Counted from the first letter of the stretch, positions 1-15,730 are shown. The stretch: DNA of 64,000 nt from the human T2T-CHM13v2.0 reference genome, Homo sapiens (GCF_009914755.1 NC_060936.1), one strand, 5' to 3'. The notes: generated by a model not told the origin, from the sequence alone. A program made the numbers and translations.

Positions 1-543
1 TAGATCTGAGTCTTTTAGGTAGACTCTTACAGAGGGGTCTGCCCAAATTTTCCATGACAGTCTGAGTATCTCTCCTCTGCTCATCTTTTAAGAGCAACCT
101 GAAGACAGGATTCAGGATTTTCCAGTTATGCTGAGGTTCAAATAATACAACCATTTTGTGCTTTAGTCATAAACAATAATAATTTGGCTCCATAATTGTT
201 TCAGTTAATCCACAACTCAATAAATTTCTTCCTAAAATGTAAATCAAAATAGCTTTTCTGTCAGTCTTGCCTAATACTTTGACAGGATGTCACTGAAATT
301 CCTCAGATATGATCATTATATTTATTTTCACTGTAGATGACTTATTAGAGGGAGAATTAGGAATAAGTACTCATATGCAGAACTCAAGGAAAACTATACA
401 CACACACACACACCTCTATATACAATGACTATACAGAAAATACTATACCTGAGAACCTAAAGAAAAACCATCCCCAGAAATTGTTTAGCACCATAACCAA
501 ATGCAACAACAAAAATGCAAAAATAGAATTAAAAACTGTTTTG

Positions 544-1020
<477 letters not shown>

Positions 1021-1161
1021 TCATAGTCACAGAGCGTTACCTGCTGTCATCTGATTGTACTGTGTTTGCAGCCGGCCAGCTCACCAGCTAATGTTCTTTC
1101 ACTAGTCCCTGACATTGCCATTTTATTTAGTTGTTCTTTAAACTGTGAAGTCTCTCTTTAA

Positions 1162-1700
<539 letters not shown>

Positions 1701-3270
1701 TAGATAACTTAAGGTCTAACCAATGATTTCCTAACATCACTACTCATTGGATGAACTATAAAGAAAATTCTTAACCATACTCATCGTACATGCTGATTTG
1801 GTAATCAAACAATTTATTGGCTAAATAGGTACACATTGGAGCATAAAAGGAGTGCTACTAATAATTATGTAGAGACGAGGACATTAGGTGAAAGACTGCT
1901 CCAGTCAAAACTATGGTTCCTCTCTGGGTTCCATTAAAACCTAGACTATCATTTATTGGATCTGGACCAACTAAGTAAGAATGAAATAATTCTGTGACAG
2001 TATTTGGGCAGCTTCTCTAGATTAGAAAGTCCCATTTACATGTGTAAAATTGTGAGAGCATGACTTTGAGATATTATCTACTGGGAAGTCATAAGCATTC
2101 TGGTCACTCAAAAAATGCCTATAACAATGGGTTTTAACATATTTCTTTTGTGAGAGTGGTCCGTACTGGCCACTCCCATTTCATTATTACCCATTCTCTC
2201 CTTTAACTCTTATAAAATAGACAGATGCTAATACTCCCTTGAAATTCCTCTTTGATTCCAAATACCTTTTTCTAGAAAATCCCTATTTTTTCCCCTCAGT
2301 CTTTCATCCCTGGTCTCTCTACTGGTCTCTGAGCTTTCCAAAAATCCACTGCCAACAGGCTGGGGCACACTCAGGTTAAAGATCTTGAATGGCTTTTGGG
2401 GGTCAGCACAACACAGAGGCCTAACAAAAAATTCAAAGTTGGATGAAGGTGATGTGCCAGGTTGCACTGAAGAGACCTTGCATTCAGACTAAACTTTCCC
2501 ATTAGCATCAGAGACCTAAACATTCTTCACTAGATTTTTCAAACAGGGCATCATGTGGCATGAGGGATGGTGAATTTAAAAATCTGAATTGAGTACAGAC
2601 CAATATGTTATTCTGGGAGGTGAGGCAAACACGGTGTGATGTCAAAATGGCATTCAACTCTAAGTTAGATTATAGCTTTGCAGAATATAGCAGTGACAAC
2701 TGTCTTGCTGACTCTGGGAACTGGACCCAGTACAGGGTGGTGCACAGCTGGAAAGGCATTTCACTGTCACCACCAATGAATTGACAGCTGGCTAGATGGG
2801 TCCCAGACCACGTGGTCCTGCACACACCTTCACCTCCACCTTTACTTGGCAGCCATAGGTCTTCACCTGCTCTGCCAAGCAGATGTTACATGGTGAGAAG
2901 AAATGAAGTAATGCCAAGTAGGGTGAGCATAAGAAACTTAAAATGATGAAGCCCAGCCATGGAATTCCCAGGAGACAAGTGAGACCGAAAGAATACGGTA
3001 TGCTCTAATTCCAGAGGATCCTGGCTCTTTTCAAATAATGGCTCTGTCTGATCATAATTATAAGATGCGTAGACACAAAAGGCACAAGGTGTTGGTGAAC
3101 AGGAATTACAGCCATGAGCCATAGATCAGTTTTACACAAATGGAGTGTGGAAACAACTGTTGATCATGCAGTAGGTGCTGCATTTCTAATTTTTTGTGCA
3201 ATTTCATGAATAAATTCCCCATGTTTTAAACTGAGGCTATTTAGGTTATATGAACTTTATACATTTTTCT

Positions 3271-3404
3271 CATTGATTGATTGATTGTAGGGTGGGGTCT
3301 TGCTACATTGCCCAGGCTGGTCTCCAACTCCTGGCCTCAAGTGATCCTCTTGCTTTGGCTTCCCAAAGTTCTAGGATTACAGGTGTGAGCCACTGTGCCC
3401 AGCT
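3271..3404 (-). mobile_element. Alu monomer (FLAM_C-like)
   Basis: Single left monomer with an (ATTG)n-degenerated tail; TSD approximately tttatacatttttct at 3256-3270 and 3408-3423. Confidence 0.85.
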
Positions 3405-3599
3405 CATTTTATACATTTTTTCTATTTTTGAAACATTTCACTGATTATTTGTTTTTATGGGGTATCAATCTGATAGAAAAAGACTTTAAGATACTGAAAT
3501 AGATATTGAAGCAATTCCTACATGTAAAACTTGTTTCTAATACATGATGAAGCCAGTCTGATGAAATAACATAATGTTTTATGATTGGCCAATCATATC

Positions 3600-4342
3600 A
3601 CTTGGTATTTCCCGAGTGACAGAGTGTCTTTTTTATTCATGGGCTGCCAGAGCGCACCTGGGTTTATGCTAATGAGGTGACTCTTGGTGGGCCCCTACAT
3701 AGTGTTGGGAGGTTATGGCGTTGGGGGAAGGGGGTTGGTTACCAGAGAGACCAAGCACACATGATTGCAGGGTTGGGGTTTCAAGTCAGCCCCACCTCTG
3801 GAAAGGGAAGGAAGGATGCTGGAGATCGAGTTCATTCACATGGCCAATGATTCAATCAATCAGGCCTATGTAATGAAGCCCTAAAAAAACCTCTGGATAC
3901 TGGGGCTTGGTTGAATTTTGTTGGTGGACACACTAATGTGTAGGGAGGGTGATCTGCCCTGGCTCCATGTGGAGAGGCCATAGAAACTCCATGTTCCCTC
4001 TCAGACCTCACCCCTTGTGTCACTTCATTTGGCAGATTCTCTTGATTTGTATGCTTTATATAATAATAAAACTGTCATCATTAGTGTTTTTCTGACTTCT
4101 GTGTTCTGTTATAGCAAATTATTGACCAAAGAGGGTTGCGGGAACCGCCAGATTTATATCCAGCCTGTCATAAATGCTGTAGCCTGGGGGACTCCCAAAG
4201 TGTGGCTGGCATCGGACATAGGGCAGTATTGTTGGAGATCATGCTTTCTAACTTGTGCGGTCTGCACTAAGCCTGAGTGGGCAGTGCCAAAATTGAGTTG
4301 CAGTGCACCCAGTTGGGAATGAAACTAAATAGCTGGTGTCAG
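3600..4342 (+). mobile_element. MER21-family LTR (MER21C-like), 5'-truncated
   Basis: cttggtatttcccgagtgacagagtgtcttttttattcat...gtttatgctaatgaggtgact...tttatataataataaaactgt...ggtgtcaga; clearly homologous to 15838-16582. Confidence 0.75.
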
Positions 4343-4959
4343 ACCAGGCACCCACCCTACACACCACCTCTGGTTGTGGCCCATGTGGCCATCAGCTGCT
4401 GCCCATGGCCAGAGGGGAAGGGTGACCTTGGTGGCAAAGGTGAGGAAGCTGCAGGGCGGCTAGCTCGGGTTGCTGGGTTTACATTTGCTAACTGTTGCTG
4501 CTCAGAGACCTATAAATAGTGGACATTTGGTTGAACTATTACAAAGAGAGCTACAGAAGCTAGAATACACCCAGAAACCTGCAGCTATGTACATATTTAG
4601 GATATGATCATGCAAGGCAGAAAAGATTTATCTGGGGTCTATGGATAAAGAATAAAGTCGTTCTTGTTTTCCCTTGAGCCTTGAGCATGAAAAGTGTGCT
4701 GCTGGACTGTGATCTTACATACATTCTCTCTTTATTTCTTACCCATTCTGCCTGAAGAGCTGGCAACAATTTGAAATCCATCATCCCGGCTGTGTTTTGT
4801 GGATTAAACTACTTATTCTCATATGTTCTACCCATTTCCTTGTCAGGAGTGAATTCTGTGTATTACAAATAATTGATGATGTTGGGCACATCTCAGAACA
4901 AAAAAAAAAGGCACTGATATGTTTTTAATATTTTCCTGGCATAAATTCTTAACTCCTTT

Positions 4960-5415
4960 CCTAGCCCAGGGGGCCTTAAGTGATCCAGTCTCTGTCCCCC
5001 TCCCCTCCCCCATCTGTGGCTGCCACCTGCCACCCTCACTGACTCTGGCCACATGAGCTGTCCTGCTGGTTTTCTGCCATGTCCAATCTGTTCCCACCAG
5101 GGGTTGGCTCCTGCTGATTCCTAGACCTCTCCATGGTTCACTCACTTACTCCATAGAGGGCTCTGCCCCAATGTTCCTCCTCAGAGAGGCTACCATTGAC
5201 AACCCTACCCAGCACACTTTCATCCCTTTCTGCTCCTTCAACTTGCTTTGCTTTCCATCATTAGCTGACATTGCCTACATCATATAGTCATTTGTCTCCA
5301 ATAGTAGAATGCAAGTTCTAGGAGGGCAGGGCTTTACTTCCTTTGTTTCTAGAGCCTAGAACAGTGTCAGGCGCATAGCAGGCTTTCTTTAAATGCTAGC
5401 TGAATAAGTGAAGAA
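4960..5415 (+). mobile_element. L2 3' end fragment
   Basis: ...agaatgcaagttctaggagggcaggg...gcctagaacagtgtcaggcgcatagcagg...tgaataagtgaa, a typical L2 terminus. Confidence 0.7.
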
Positions 5416-7157
5416 ATACAGAGGTCAAAATGGAAGAAAGTGTCCCGCCACTGCTACTTCATTTTTTCCAAGGTCTGGAGGTGAGAAATATTCAGGTACA
5501 AGGTAAAGTGACCTGTCCCGTGCTGGAAAGGTCTGTGCACCATATTAATGCTAACTAGGATGAAACCAGTCTTGGCATCATCCAAATGAGAGGATGCTCA
5601 GATATACAGGGAACCAAGAAAGCAGGCTATGATTTAAAAGTCAGAGGTTTTGGAGGCAGGGCAATCTCAGTCTGAATCCCAGCCTCACCTCTCATTATGC
5701 ATGTGATCAGATTAGTATTAAAGTTTCTTCTTCTGAAAATAGGGATAAGAATGCCTATCTTTTAGGATTTCTGTAAGGGTTTCATAAAATGATGTAGAGA
5801 AACTAGTGCAATGCTTTTCTCTTGTGGGGAAAAAAAAGCTAATATTTAGAACATGCTTTTGGTGGGAGGAGATGGCAGGGGGTCAGGGTGGGGAAGCGTA
5901 GGTGTGTCATGAGGGAACATATGGTTTGGGGCAAAGCAAAAGGAGAGTGGGAGGAATGATCTGTGATTGGCCTCATGGGATGATGACATCCCCAGAGTTA
6001 ACACATTTTCAGGGACAAGCACATGGCGTCACCCGGATGTGAGTTTTCAAACCTTCCCATGTCAATTGCAATTTGGGAGTTTCCATCCACTCTGCCCCAC
6101 CCTACTGCTTGGTAACCTTGTGGGAATGAGGAACCCATTCTTCTGTTCTGTATCCCAAATACCACTTTCGCCTCTACGTGCCCACTTTTTAAAATTTAAA
6201 ATGTAAATTCCTCAAGTTGCCATGGCTCTCGCAATCTACTGATTGAAAATCACTGACACACAAAGAGAAGAAGGAGGCCACTGCAGGATGGAAGGACTCT
6301 ATTTTTGTCTCCGTTTCTTTGCAAGGGCATTCTGTGGTCAGGTTTCCTAAGGGGTGATGCCTACACAGTCAGAGCTGACCCATTTGTGTATCCGGACTGC
6401 TACTTGGAAAGCAAGCTCTGAGGCTTTGTTCCAGCGTATCTGTAGCCCTTCCTTGTTTTACTAAACACACCACGAATCCTCTCTCGCTTCCTCCTTCATT
6501 ATTTCTCTTACCGGGGGGCTCAGAGAACCACTTCGAGAGGGAAGTTCATCTCTTCTCGCTCCTATTCTGGCCTTGTTGTTTCCCGTCTTCGAGGTCCGCT
6601 GTTTTGCAGAAGTGATGATGATCTTTAGCTTCCCCTGGTCCCAAAGCCCATGGTCATGAATTGAGCCCAGGAAGCCTTGCTCTGAGAGCCGTTTTTGGCT
6701 TTGCCATACTTTGTGCTTGAAAATTAGATTACAGGAGGTGTCTACAGCTTGGCCCAGTTTGTGGCTTCCACATACTGCCAGTGAATACATGCCTACTTAA
6801 CTTCAGAGCTGACAAGGCTTTTTAGTGCCCTAACAAACAGAATTTATTTGGATTTAAAATTTATCACCAGAAATGGAAAATGGATGGTCTTGCCAACGTT
6901 AGTAGCCAAGATTTCCAAGGTCTTGTTGAACTCAAATTTATCCCTAGCTCTTCAATAGATGTTCTGTTACTTCCTGTAAATTTCACCAAAAAATTTCTTT
7001 TTTCCTTTCTATCACTAAGATGTTAATGTAGTTTGATGACATCTTTGCATGGTCATTATAAGTATTTTAAAAATACATTGTAATCACCACCTCTAAGTTT
7101 ACCAATTTTTTTTTTCTGCAATTGGGGTACTTATTGAGAACTAACAACAATGTTAGC

Positions 7158-7538
<381 letters not shown>

Positions 7539-9227
7539 TTATTTATGTGGTCTAGCTATGATTTAATCCCTGGTCATGGTTTATATATCATATAAGATTT
7601 ATCACAATATCCTCTCATTCCTGTTGCTCAGAGTAATCTTTGTTCACCCTCCACCCCACCCCATTGCATCATAATTCTTTTTTAATTTGCTAAAAAAATG
7701 GGTGAAGATTTGGCAATACAATTATACAATCCAGCTTGTATTGGTTTAGACTGTGCACAATTACCAACCACTTCAAGAATAAAGGTAACCTAATTATTTT
7801 AACCTAAGATACAGGTGGCTTTAGGGTAACGTGATATATAAAAATGAAGTTTACAAAATCCATGAAAAACAGATTATCTACTATTAATTTCCAAAGGATT
7901 CTCTCCTAAAGGAATAATCACCAGATTTCTTTAACTAACAATTTTCCAAAGGAACATTGAAAACGTGATTTAAACTTTCAACACAAAATACATTTATAAG
8001 CAACATTTCAATAACATGCCTAATGTATAACGTGAGGTTGAAATTATTTCCATGTGCACTATCAGTTTAGGCAGCAATTTAGAAAGATCTTATTTATACT
8101 GACTATCATTTTATTGCACAGTCAAATTTTGTAGAATGATAGTAGCTGATGCAATGTATGGTGTAAATTTTCTACCCACCAAATCCCACTTTGAATACAT
8201 AAGTCTTCTGTTATTCTCTAATTCACAATAACACCACCTTATTGTGTAGAATCCCATTGCAATAAATACACTTATGATGACTGGATCAAAGTAATTTTGT
8301 GATATGCCCAGCTTGCAAGTGGCTTGTGGTTCAGGGGCTGGAGGGTGCTGTATTCCCAGGCTTCAAGCTGGGGTCAAAGTGCTAAAGCTCCGTTAAGCAG
8401 GATGGAATCACTTGCAGATTGACATTCCACAAGGCAGTGTGTCACCTGTCCTAGTTCAACCTGCACTTCCTCAGAGGTGGGCACTAGCAATTTACTTCCA
8501 GCCTGAGCTTAAGGTCAAACCCAGAACTAGCAAGGATGTTTCTTACCAAAATTAAAACTTCCATAGGCCTTCTGAGACCTAAGCACCAGCAGAACATTTT
8601 AGAAAACATCTTTCCACCATTCCCTGGGTCACATGCATCTGAGGGCCACTCAGATTTTTCTCTTAGTGCCTAGCCCACAAGCCCAGCAAGTGCTCAAATA
8701 TGTGGAGGTAGATGCATACATGCAAGAATACGGATAGACTTTTACTGTCTATCTCTTCCTCACTGCTACTTTCAGTTAGTCACTGATTACTTACAGTCAT
8801 ATTTTTCTTATGACTCTCAAATCAGATCCCTTTTCTCTAATACAGTACTGCTGGGACTCCTTTAACACCATCCTCATAAACTGCTCTTCTGCTCAAACAC
8901 CACCATTTTCTAACCTATCAAATCTGACGTTCTTGGTCTCTTGCAATAATAACATTAGAGCCCAACCATTATCGAGTTACCCAAACTATTCACAGGTATT
9001 TTCTCTCCTATCCTAGAACCTTCACACTCCCTCATCACCTCTTCCTAGTGTAGCTGAAAGAAAGCATAACTGGGGAATAAAAGATGGGGAACCTACTGAT
9101 GGGTGATCTTGGGCAAGTCTTATTTTATTCTCTCATGAACCCTATGAAAGGCAGCCCCAATGCTCCCCAAGACACAGGAAGAAAAACTAAGCTACACAGT
9201 TATGGCAGCATCACGAGTCACGTAGAT

Positions 9228-9762
9228 CAGGGCCCCCAAACCCTGGGCCATGGACCAGTACCAGTCTGTGGCCTGTTAGGAACTGGGCTGCATAGCAGGA
9301 AGTGAGTGGTAGATGAGTGAGTGAAGCTTCATCTGTATTTACCCCATCGCCTGCATTACCGCCTGAGCTCCACCTCCGGTCACAGCAACGGTGGTATTAG
9401 ATTCTCATAGAAGTGTGAACCTCCTATTGTGAACTGTGCATTTGAGGGATCTAGGTTATATGCTCCTTTTAAGAATCTAATGCCTGCTGATCTGTCACTG
9501 TCTCCCATCACCCCCAGATGGGACTGTCTAGTTGCAGGAAAATAAGCACATGGCTCCCACTGATTGTACATTATAGTGAGTTGTATAATATTTCATTATA
9601 TGCTACAATGTAATAACAAATAAAGTGTGCACAATAAATGTAATGCACTTGAATCATCCCCAAACCATTCCCACCTCCACCCCCTCACCCCCGATCCCAG
9701 TGCCTGGAAAAATTGTCTTCCATGAAACTGGTCACTGGTGCCAAAAAGGTTGGGGACTGCTG
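9228..9762 (+). mobile_element. MER1A (hAT-Charlie non-autonomous DNA transposon), apparently full length
   Basis: TIRs caggg.ccccaa / ttggggactgctg, about 535 bp; 8-bp hAT-type TSD acgtagat/atctagat (NTCTAGAN-like). Confidence 0.88.
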
Positions 9763-9877
9763 ATCTAGATAATGAGAAAGCAAAACTAGAATACAGATTT
9801 TTGATTTCCAGACTCTAAGACTTTCTCTCCAGATCACAATGCACTGATACCATTTTCGTGATCTGATCTTAGAAAAG

Positions 9878-10003
9878 GTGGGGCTTAAAACCTAGATGAC
9901 GGATTGATAGGTGCAGCAAACCACCATGGCACACAGGTACCTATGTAACAAACCTGCACATGTATCCCAGCACATGTATCCCAGAACTTAAAAGAAAAAA
10001 AAA
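9878..10003 (+). mobile_element. L1PA 3'UTR tip, severely 5'-truncated
   Basis: ggggcttaaaacctagatgacgg.ttgataggtgcagcaaaccaccatggcaca...acctatgtaacaaacctgcac...cagaacttaaa followed by an A tail. Confidence 0.9.
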
Positions 10004-10429
10004 AGAGTCCTACAAATTGCACTAAGTATGGAGATACTTCTAAAATGCTTGAAGTTAGACCTAAAATCTCGACTCATGATAAAGGAAATGAAAAGTGTAT
10101 AATGACACCTTTATGTATAAAATGTCTTCTAAAACAAAGAAAGACCCAACTGTTAACTAATCAATGGAATTTACAAATCTAAAGGCAACACTGGCAATTA
10201 GGAAGACTGCACTGAGCTTGGAACAAATGGGGTGGAATGAGGCTGAACTAGCTTATGTGTCTGGCACTCTCCCGTGGATATTTGGCTAGGCTCTGCCTGT
10301 TCCTCAGAGAAGATAAAATGAAAGTCATAATAATAACACCACACTAGAATAAAAAAAATGGTGGGTCAGATACCATCATCTTTACATTTAAGATTTGATT
10401 TTATTTAACAGTGAATCCACCTGTCCTGG

Positions 10430-10655
10430 GGATTTTCCCTCCTCTGCTTTATTTTTCTCTGTAGCACCCATTACCATCAGGCAGACTATATTATTTATCA
10501 ATCGTATTGATGGCTTGTGTGTTAGAATGTAAACATCATGAAGGTAGGGATTTTTATCTGTTTTGTTCACTGCCATTCTGGGATATGGGCCTAAAATAAT
10601 TCCTGGCACAAAATAAGTGCTTTATACATAGTATAAATGAATAAATGAATGAACA
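10430..10655 (+). mobile_element. L2 3' end fragment
   Basis: tagaatgtaaacatcatgaaggtaggga...ttgttcactg...cctggcaca...aatgaataaatgaatgaa. Confidence 0.7.
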
Positions 10656-13600
10656 TTCACAATAACCCTAAGGTAGATACTAGTCAGTGTTTCCCAAGGT
10701 CACAGAGCTGGTAAGTGGGAAAGCCAGGACTCACACACAGGATTTAAGCAAGCCCTTGTCTAAACTCTAGTCTCCAGCTGGATGCAGCAATGAGGTTACA
10801 TCTGTTTATCTCGGTCTGGTCAACTATTCAAATCATAAAACCAACTAACTCCCTTTGCTCCCAACCTCTGCTCATTCAGCAACCAACCTTCTCATTATAA
10901 TCTGGCGTCTCAGGGAAAAATACACTGACCAGCCATCATGTGTGTCTGTCCTGCTTGAAAATCAATTTATCTTGTTAAATCAATGCATAGGTATTCTGAT
11001 TTATCCACATTTCTGTCTTTTGACTCCGGTTAGTGTGTTACTACCCCCAATTTGTTCTGTGTACCCTGACGGCCTCTAGGATGAGTCTGTAAAGGTTAGC
11101 ACTGGGCCTGGACCTTTGTCCCCTAAGAGAGAGACTGTCTGGAGCACTGTCCTGAGAGACCATCTGATGATCTTCAGGTCGGCCTCCCCATGTGGTAACC
11201 CAATATCACTGCGTTCTATTTTAAGCAAAGCAGTATTCTGACTACAGTTATCTGGTATAATCAGGGAATAATGATAATGAACATGAATTGCGAAGCGAGA
11301 CTCATTGGTATCACACTGGCCCAGGTAGAACACAGAAGGGAGTCATAGTTTTATTTTAGGGTTTACTAGCAAGGTTAAACTGGAAACTCTAGGCAAGTCA
11401 GACAGTTTTCATGCCTGAACACAGAGGACCTGAGGAAAGGAAAATGAACGGTGTCACTACAAAGAATGAAAATGTAATTTGAAGCTTAGTGATTCCTGAA
11501 ACCTGGATACCTAACAAAATTTTTAACGTAAGAGTAGGGCATTGTATATTTCCCAAACATTCCAGGATTCAAGAAATGGCTCCTGCAACTTTAATTACAT
11601 GACTCTTTTTTTCTTTTTCCTGAAACTGTATTTTTTTCTCCTTGGCGTACTGTATCCCCAGACTCATGACACAGGAGTTCAGAAGTAATAGATCAGAATT
11701 TTCATTAAGTACACATGACACCCTAGAAATGTTAAATTGTTCATGCTTGTTTACCATTATATAAGTAAGTTTACCATTTTAAATCCTGAAATAAATTTGC
11801 TCATCTGTGCATTTATTCTAGAAGTTAGGAAGTAGGAAAGAGAAGGTGTTTTCTTTGGAAAATAAACTGTGGATAATACTTGCATACTAGCTAAAGGAAT
11901 AATGTTTTAATTAAAAGGCAAATCTATCACTTAAGGAGTTTAAATAGAATGCTTGTTTAAAACAATTCTATCTGACTAAGACAATGTCAATGAAGAGGGC
12001 AGCCAACGTGTTTAAACACAAAAGCCAATGAGCGTGCAAAGGAAAAGTCTTACACAAACACTGATCCCACAGCTGCTGCCTGCTTAGAAACCATTTCTTT
12101 TTGAATATTATTTATTTCAGTATTATTCTTGCACACTGTCAAATTTACCATGAAAACTATAAATTATTTTAAACTACAAAATAAAAATAACACGTAGAAT
12201 ATCTTTAAAAAGGCACCAGAAGAGAAATCTATTTTAAAGTAATTACCAGTTAAACCTCTTCTGCTTGCTGACAGGTTTTCAGTGATTATACAACAAATAT
12301 TCTTATTTTCCTACATCGGTTGGTCTTTTCATGAAACAGTGTAGCCTGCTTTCCTTGTTCTCTTTGCAAACTCTAAAGACATTGCCCATGTGATGTGGAA
12401 AATGTTGTTTCTGCTAGCTTAATGGCTAATGATAGCAACAGGAGGGACAAATAAGAAAATCCAACTAAATGACAAATAAGTAATGAAAGGCTATGTGAAC
12501 TTTCACTACAATTTCATGCCCTGTGCAACTGTTCTTTTACAAAACCTTTGCCAACAATTCTTTCTGCTAATTTTAGTTTGATATTTTGATGTGTATAGTT
12601 ATCTGTTTTCCAGAAAGTAGCTTCAGATTGTGTTTGTATTTTTCAGGGACGTCTTTACCAAGAATCACCCAACTGTGGTCCTATTTCTCCTCTATCTTCA
12701 AAATAAAATACATTTTCTTTTTGTTGAAATAACTCAAATACAATCTACCAAGTTCTTCGCCACTGTTGTTTTATGATTTCTTTTAGGATGGGAAGACTAA
12801 AGAGAATGTAAGTTTTAAAGAGAATACTCCTCTTCCCGTTGTAAACCCCTATTTACCTCTGCCACAGGAGGGAAGGACCCCCTTGATCTGGGAGGGTGTA
12901 CTTTAAGCAAATGTTCCCTTTTGAGAAACAGCAATAAAAGCAACCTGTAGAGCAGTCACTTCTCGAAAGGATGCCTATTTGGTAGTTCCAAAACCATAAA
13001 AAAAGAAAAGTCATTTTTCCCTTTCTGCCAATTTTGGAAGAATACATTTTTCTGGTTCTCTAAAAACAACATTAAGACTTCCTTTCCACAGTGAAGAGAA
13101 GAGAGCATGAGCTGATTACTTGGTCCTACAAAAAATCATCCAGATGCCATTAGAACTGGGAGCGATTAAAAAAAATGACAGTCAACTGAGGGCTTTGAGG
13201 ATTATTCAAAACCTCAACTTCTCCCAAATTCTCAAGAATACTTTATCTATGTAATACCTGAATATAATTCTTGATCTATTGAATTCTACAGAGTGACTGT
13301 AGTGGCTTCCATTATATGTAGATTGGATATACCCAATTTATAACCTTAGATATATACTTTTATCTCTGAAGGGCCTTTGAGAAAATTGTATAAAGTACTG
13401 TGCCAAAGATTGTTGTTGGAAATATTGAAAGACTTTATGATGTAAAAAAAATATCAATGTCATTTAAATTGAACAAAATGGCTCCTTACTTTTCCATATA
13501 CATTTTAACTATATTTCAACAAGCTTGTTCAATAAATACTGCATGAAACAAGCATTTTGCACCTTGTCCCATTGATGCAATTTGCCAACCTGATTGATTT

Positions 13601-14919
13601 CTTTCTCCATGGCTCACCTGCATTCCACATACCCTATATTTTTTTCTTTATTAAAGATGATGTAATCTTAGCTTCTATCATTTTCACATCCACCAAATCA
13701 CTGAGGAAAAAAAACCAGAGATGCAAGATGAAGATAGTAAAGGATAAGATTTCACAAAGCAGGTTAGCAATCAAATATAAAAATCTGAAAAAACCTTTAA
13801 CGCAGATAGGGAAACTAAATGAAAAATGAAGTTATATGAAGAGAAGTAATCTGGCAATACAGCCAAACTAATACACAAACTTAGAACAAATAAGAATGGG
13901 CAGTAGGAACAAATTATTTCTTCTGGGAAGACTTTCTGTGTTATTACGATTTGAAAAGATCAAATAATTTGCATGGGTTGCCAGATAGAGAAATTGTATT
14001 CATGTGTATTAGCCCATGTTTCTACCACTGTTTGTTTCTAGTTCTTCTTACACAGTGCACTATATTTCACTAATGATATCAACAAATTTCTAGTCCTTCT
14101 TAGATAGTACTTCATTGGAGAAAGAGATGGCTGACATGGGTTGTTGACTAAATCCAACTCGAGCCTCGACTACATTTTCTTTGTGATTTTCCCCTGCAGA
14201 CCACAGCTGGCAACCTAATCACAGCCAACTGAACCATGCTCTTCTGATTATGTTCTGCAAAGTAGTTTATTTGACATTGGAAGACTCTTTGGGGACTATT
14301 TAAATGAGCAGAACCTTATAATAAAGAAGAGAGCCCACTGCTTTTCTTCGAGCTTGGTATATGATTTCCCTATCATTCTCTGGCTTCCAAGTTTGTCCAG
14401 ACTTGTGGTTTTAATTACAACACCACAAAATATCAGCACTCAAAGAGTCTTTGGATAGATTTAATTCAACATCCTTGTTTTTCAAAAAAGGAAGCAAGAA
14501 GCAGTAACTTGGCCAAACTCTTTTATATTTCTTAGTTTCTAATCTAGTCTTGTATATATAAAAGGTCTATCTTAGATCTGTTGGATCCTTTAATCACAGG
14601 TTCCATTGAATATGTGTAGATTGAAGAATTATAGGTATTGGGAGAGAGTATATTCCTTTTTATAAAAGGTCTCTGAATACAGTTTTAAATGTAAAGGTAG
14701 ATAATATTACTACATTTTCTTTTTTTAAAGAGACAAAATAAGGCTCAGAGAGGTTAAGCAAATTCCCCAAGGTCACACAGCTAGGAAGTAGCCAAGCTGG
14801 CATGTGAACTGAGACAGACTAATACCTGTGCTTTCAGCTGCCATACATTTTTACTCTAGCTATCACTTGCATTATTAAGAATCTAGGCTAAGTCACTAAA
14901 GATATATCATTACTTATTT

Positions 14920-15730
14920 CTTGTTCATTCATTTGTTTATTCAGTCATTTATTCATTCAGCAAATATTTACTAAGCGCCCACTATGTGCCAGCCACTGCT
15001 CTAAGTCCCGATAATACAACAATGAAAAAAACAAAGTTGTTGCCCTAATGCAGGTTACATTCAAATGAAGGAGACATACAATAAAAAACAAATATGCAAC
15101 ATGATGTCAGATTATGATAGCTGTTTTGGGGAAATGAAAAATCAGGGTAAGAGGATAAAGAATGACATAGTGGGGAGATGGGACCTCTTTAGAAAAGGTG
15201 ACCAGAGAAAGCCTCTCTGAGTTGATGACATTTAAGGAGAGATGTGCAGGATGTAAAGGAACAAGTAGAGTGCTGCAGGCTGAAAGAAGAACATTTGCAA
15301 AGGCCCTTAGGTAGAAACAAGCTTGGCATATTATGGAAACAGCAAAGTCCATGTAGCTGGAGCCTATGAATGGGAGGAAAGGGCAGAGCATAGCAGGTGC
15401 CAGAGCTTGTAGGACTGGACAAGAAGGTTCGGGTTTATTCTATGTAGAGTAGAAAGCCAGTGGAAGGTTTGGAGCAGGTGGCAGGTGACATATTCTGATT
15501 TATGTTTTAGATTTTTTTCATTTTTTTCTTTGAGGCATAGTCAGTAGAGGGGCAAGTATGGAAGAAAAAAGACCAGTTTAGTGGCACCTGTCATGGTCTA
15601 GGTGACAGTTGAAGGCTATCTGAATTAGAATGATGGAAGTTTTAGAAAGTAGTGGATTAATATCAGTTTTATTAAATAATGTGAAGAGATATTTTGATGG
15701 AATGAATGTACATCGTGTATAAGAGGGATA
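14920..15730 (-). mobile_element. L2 fragment (reverse)
   Basis: (ATTC)n tail followed by caaatatttactaagcgcccactatgtgccag, then purine-rich L2 body. Confidence 0.7.
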
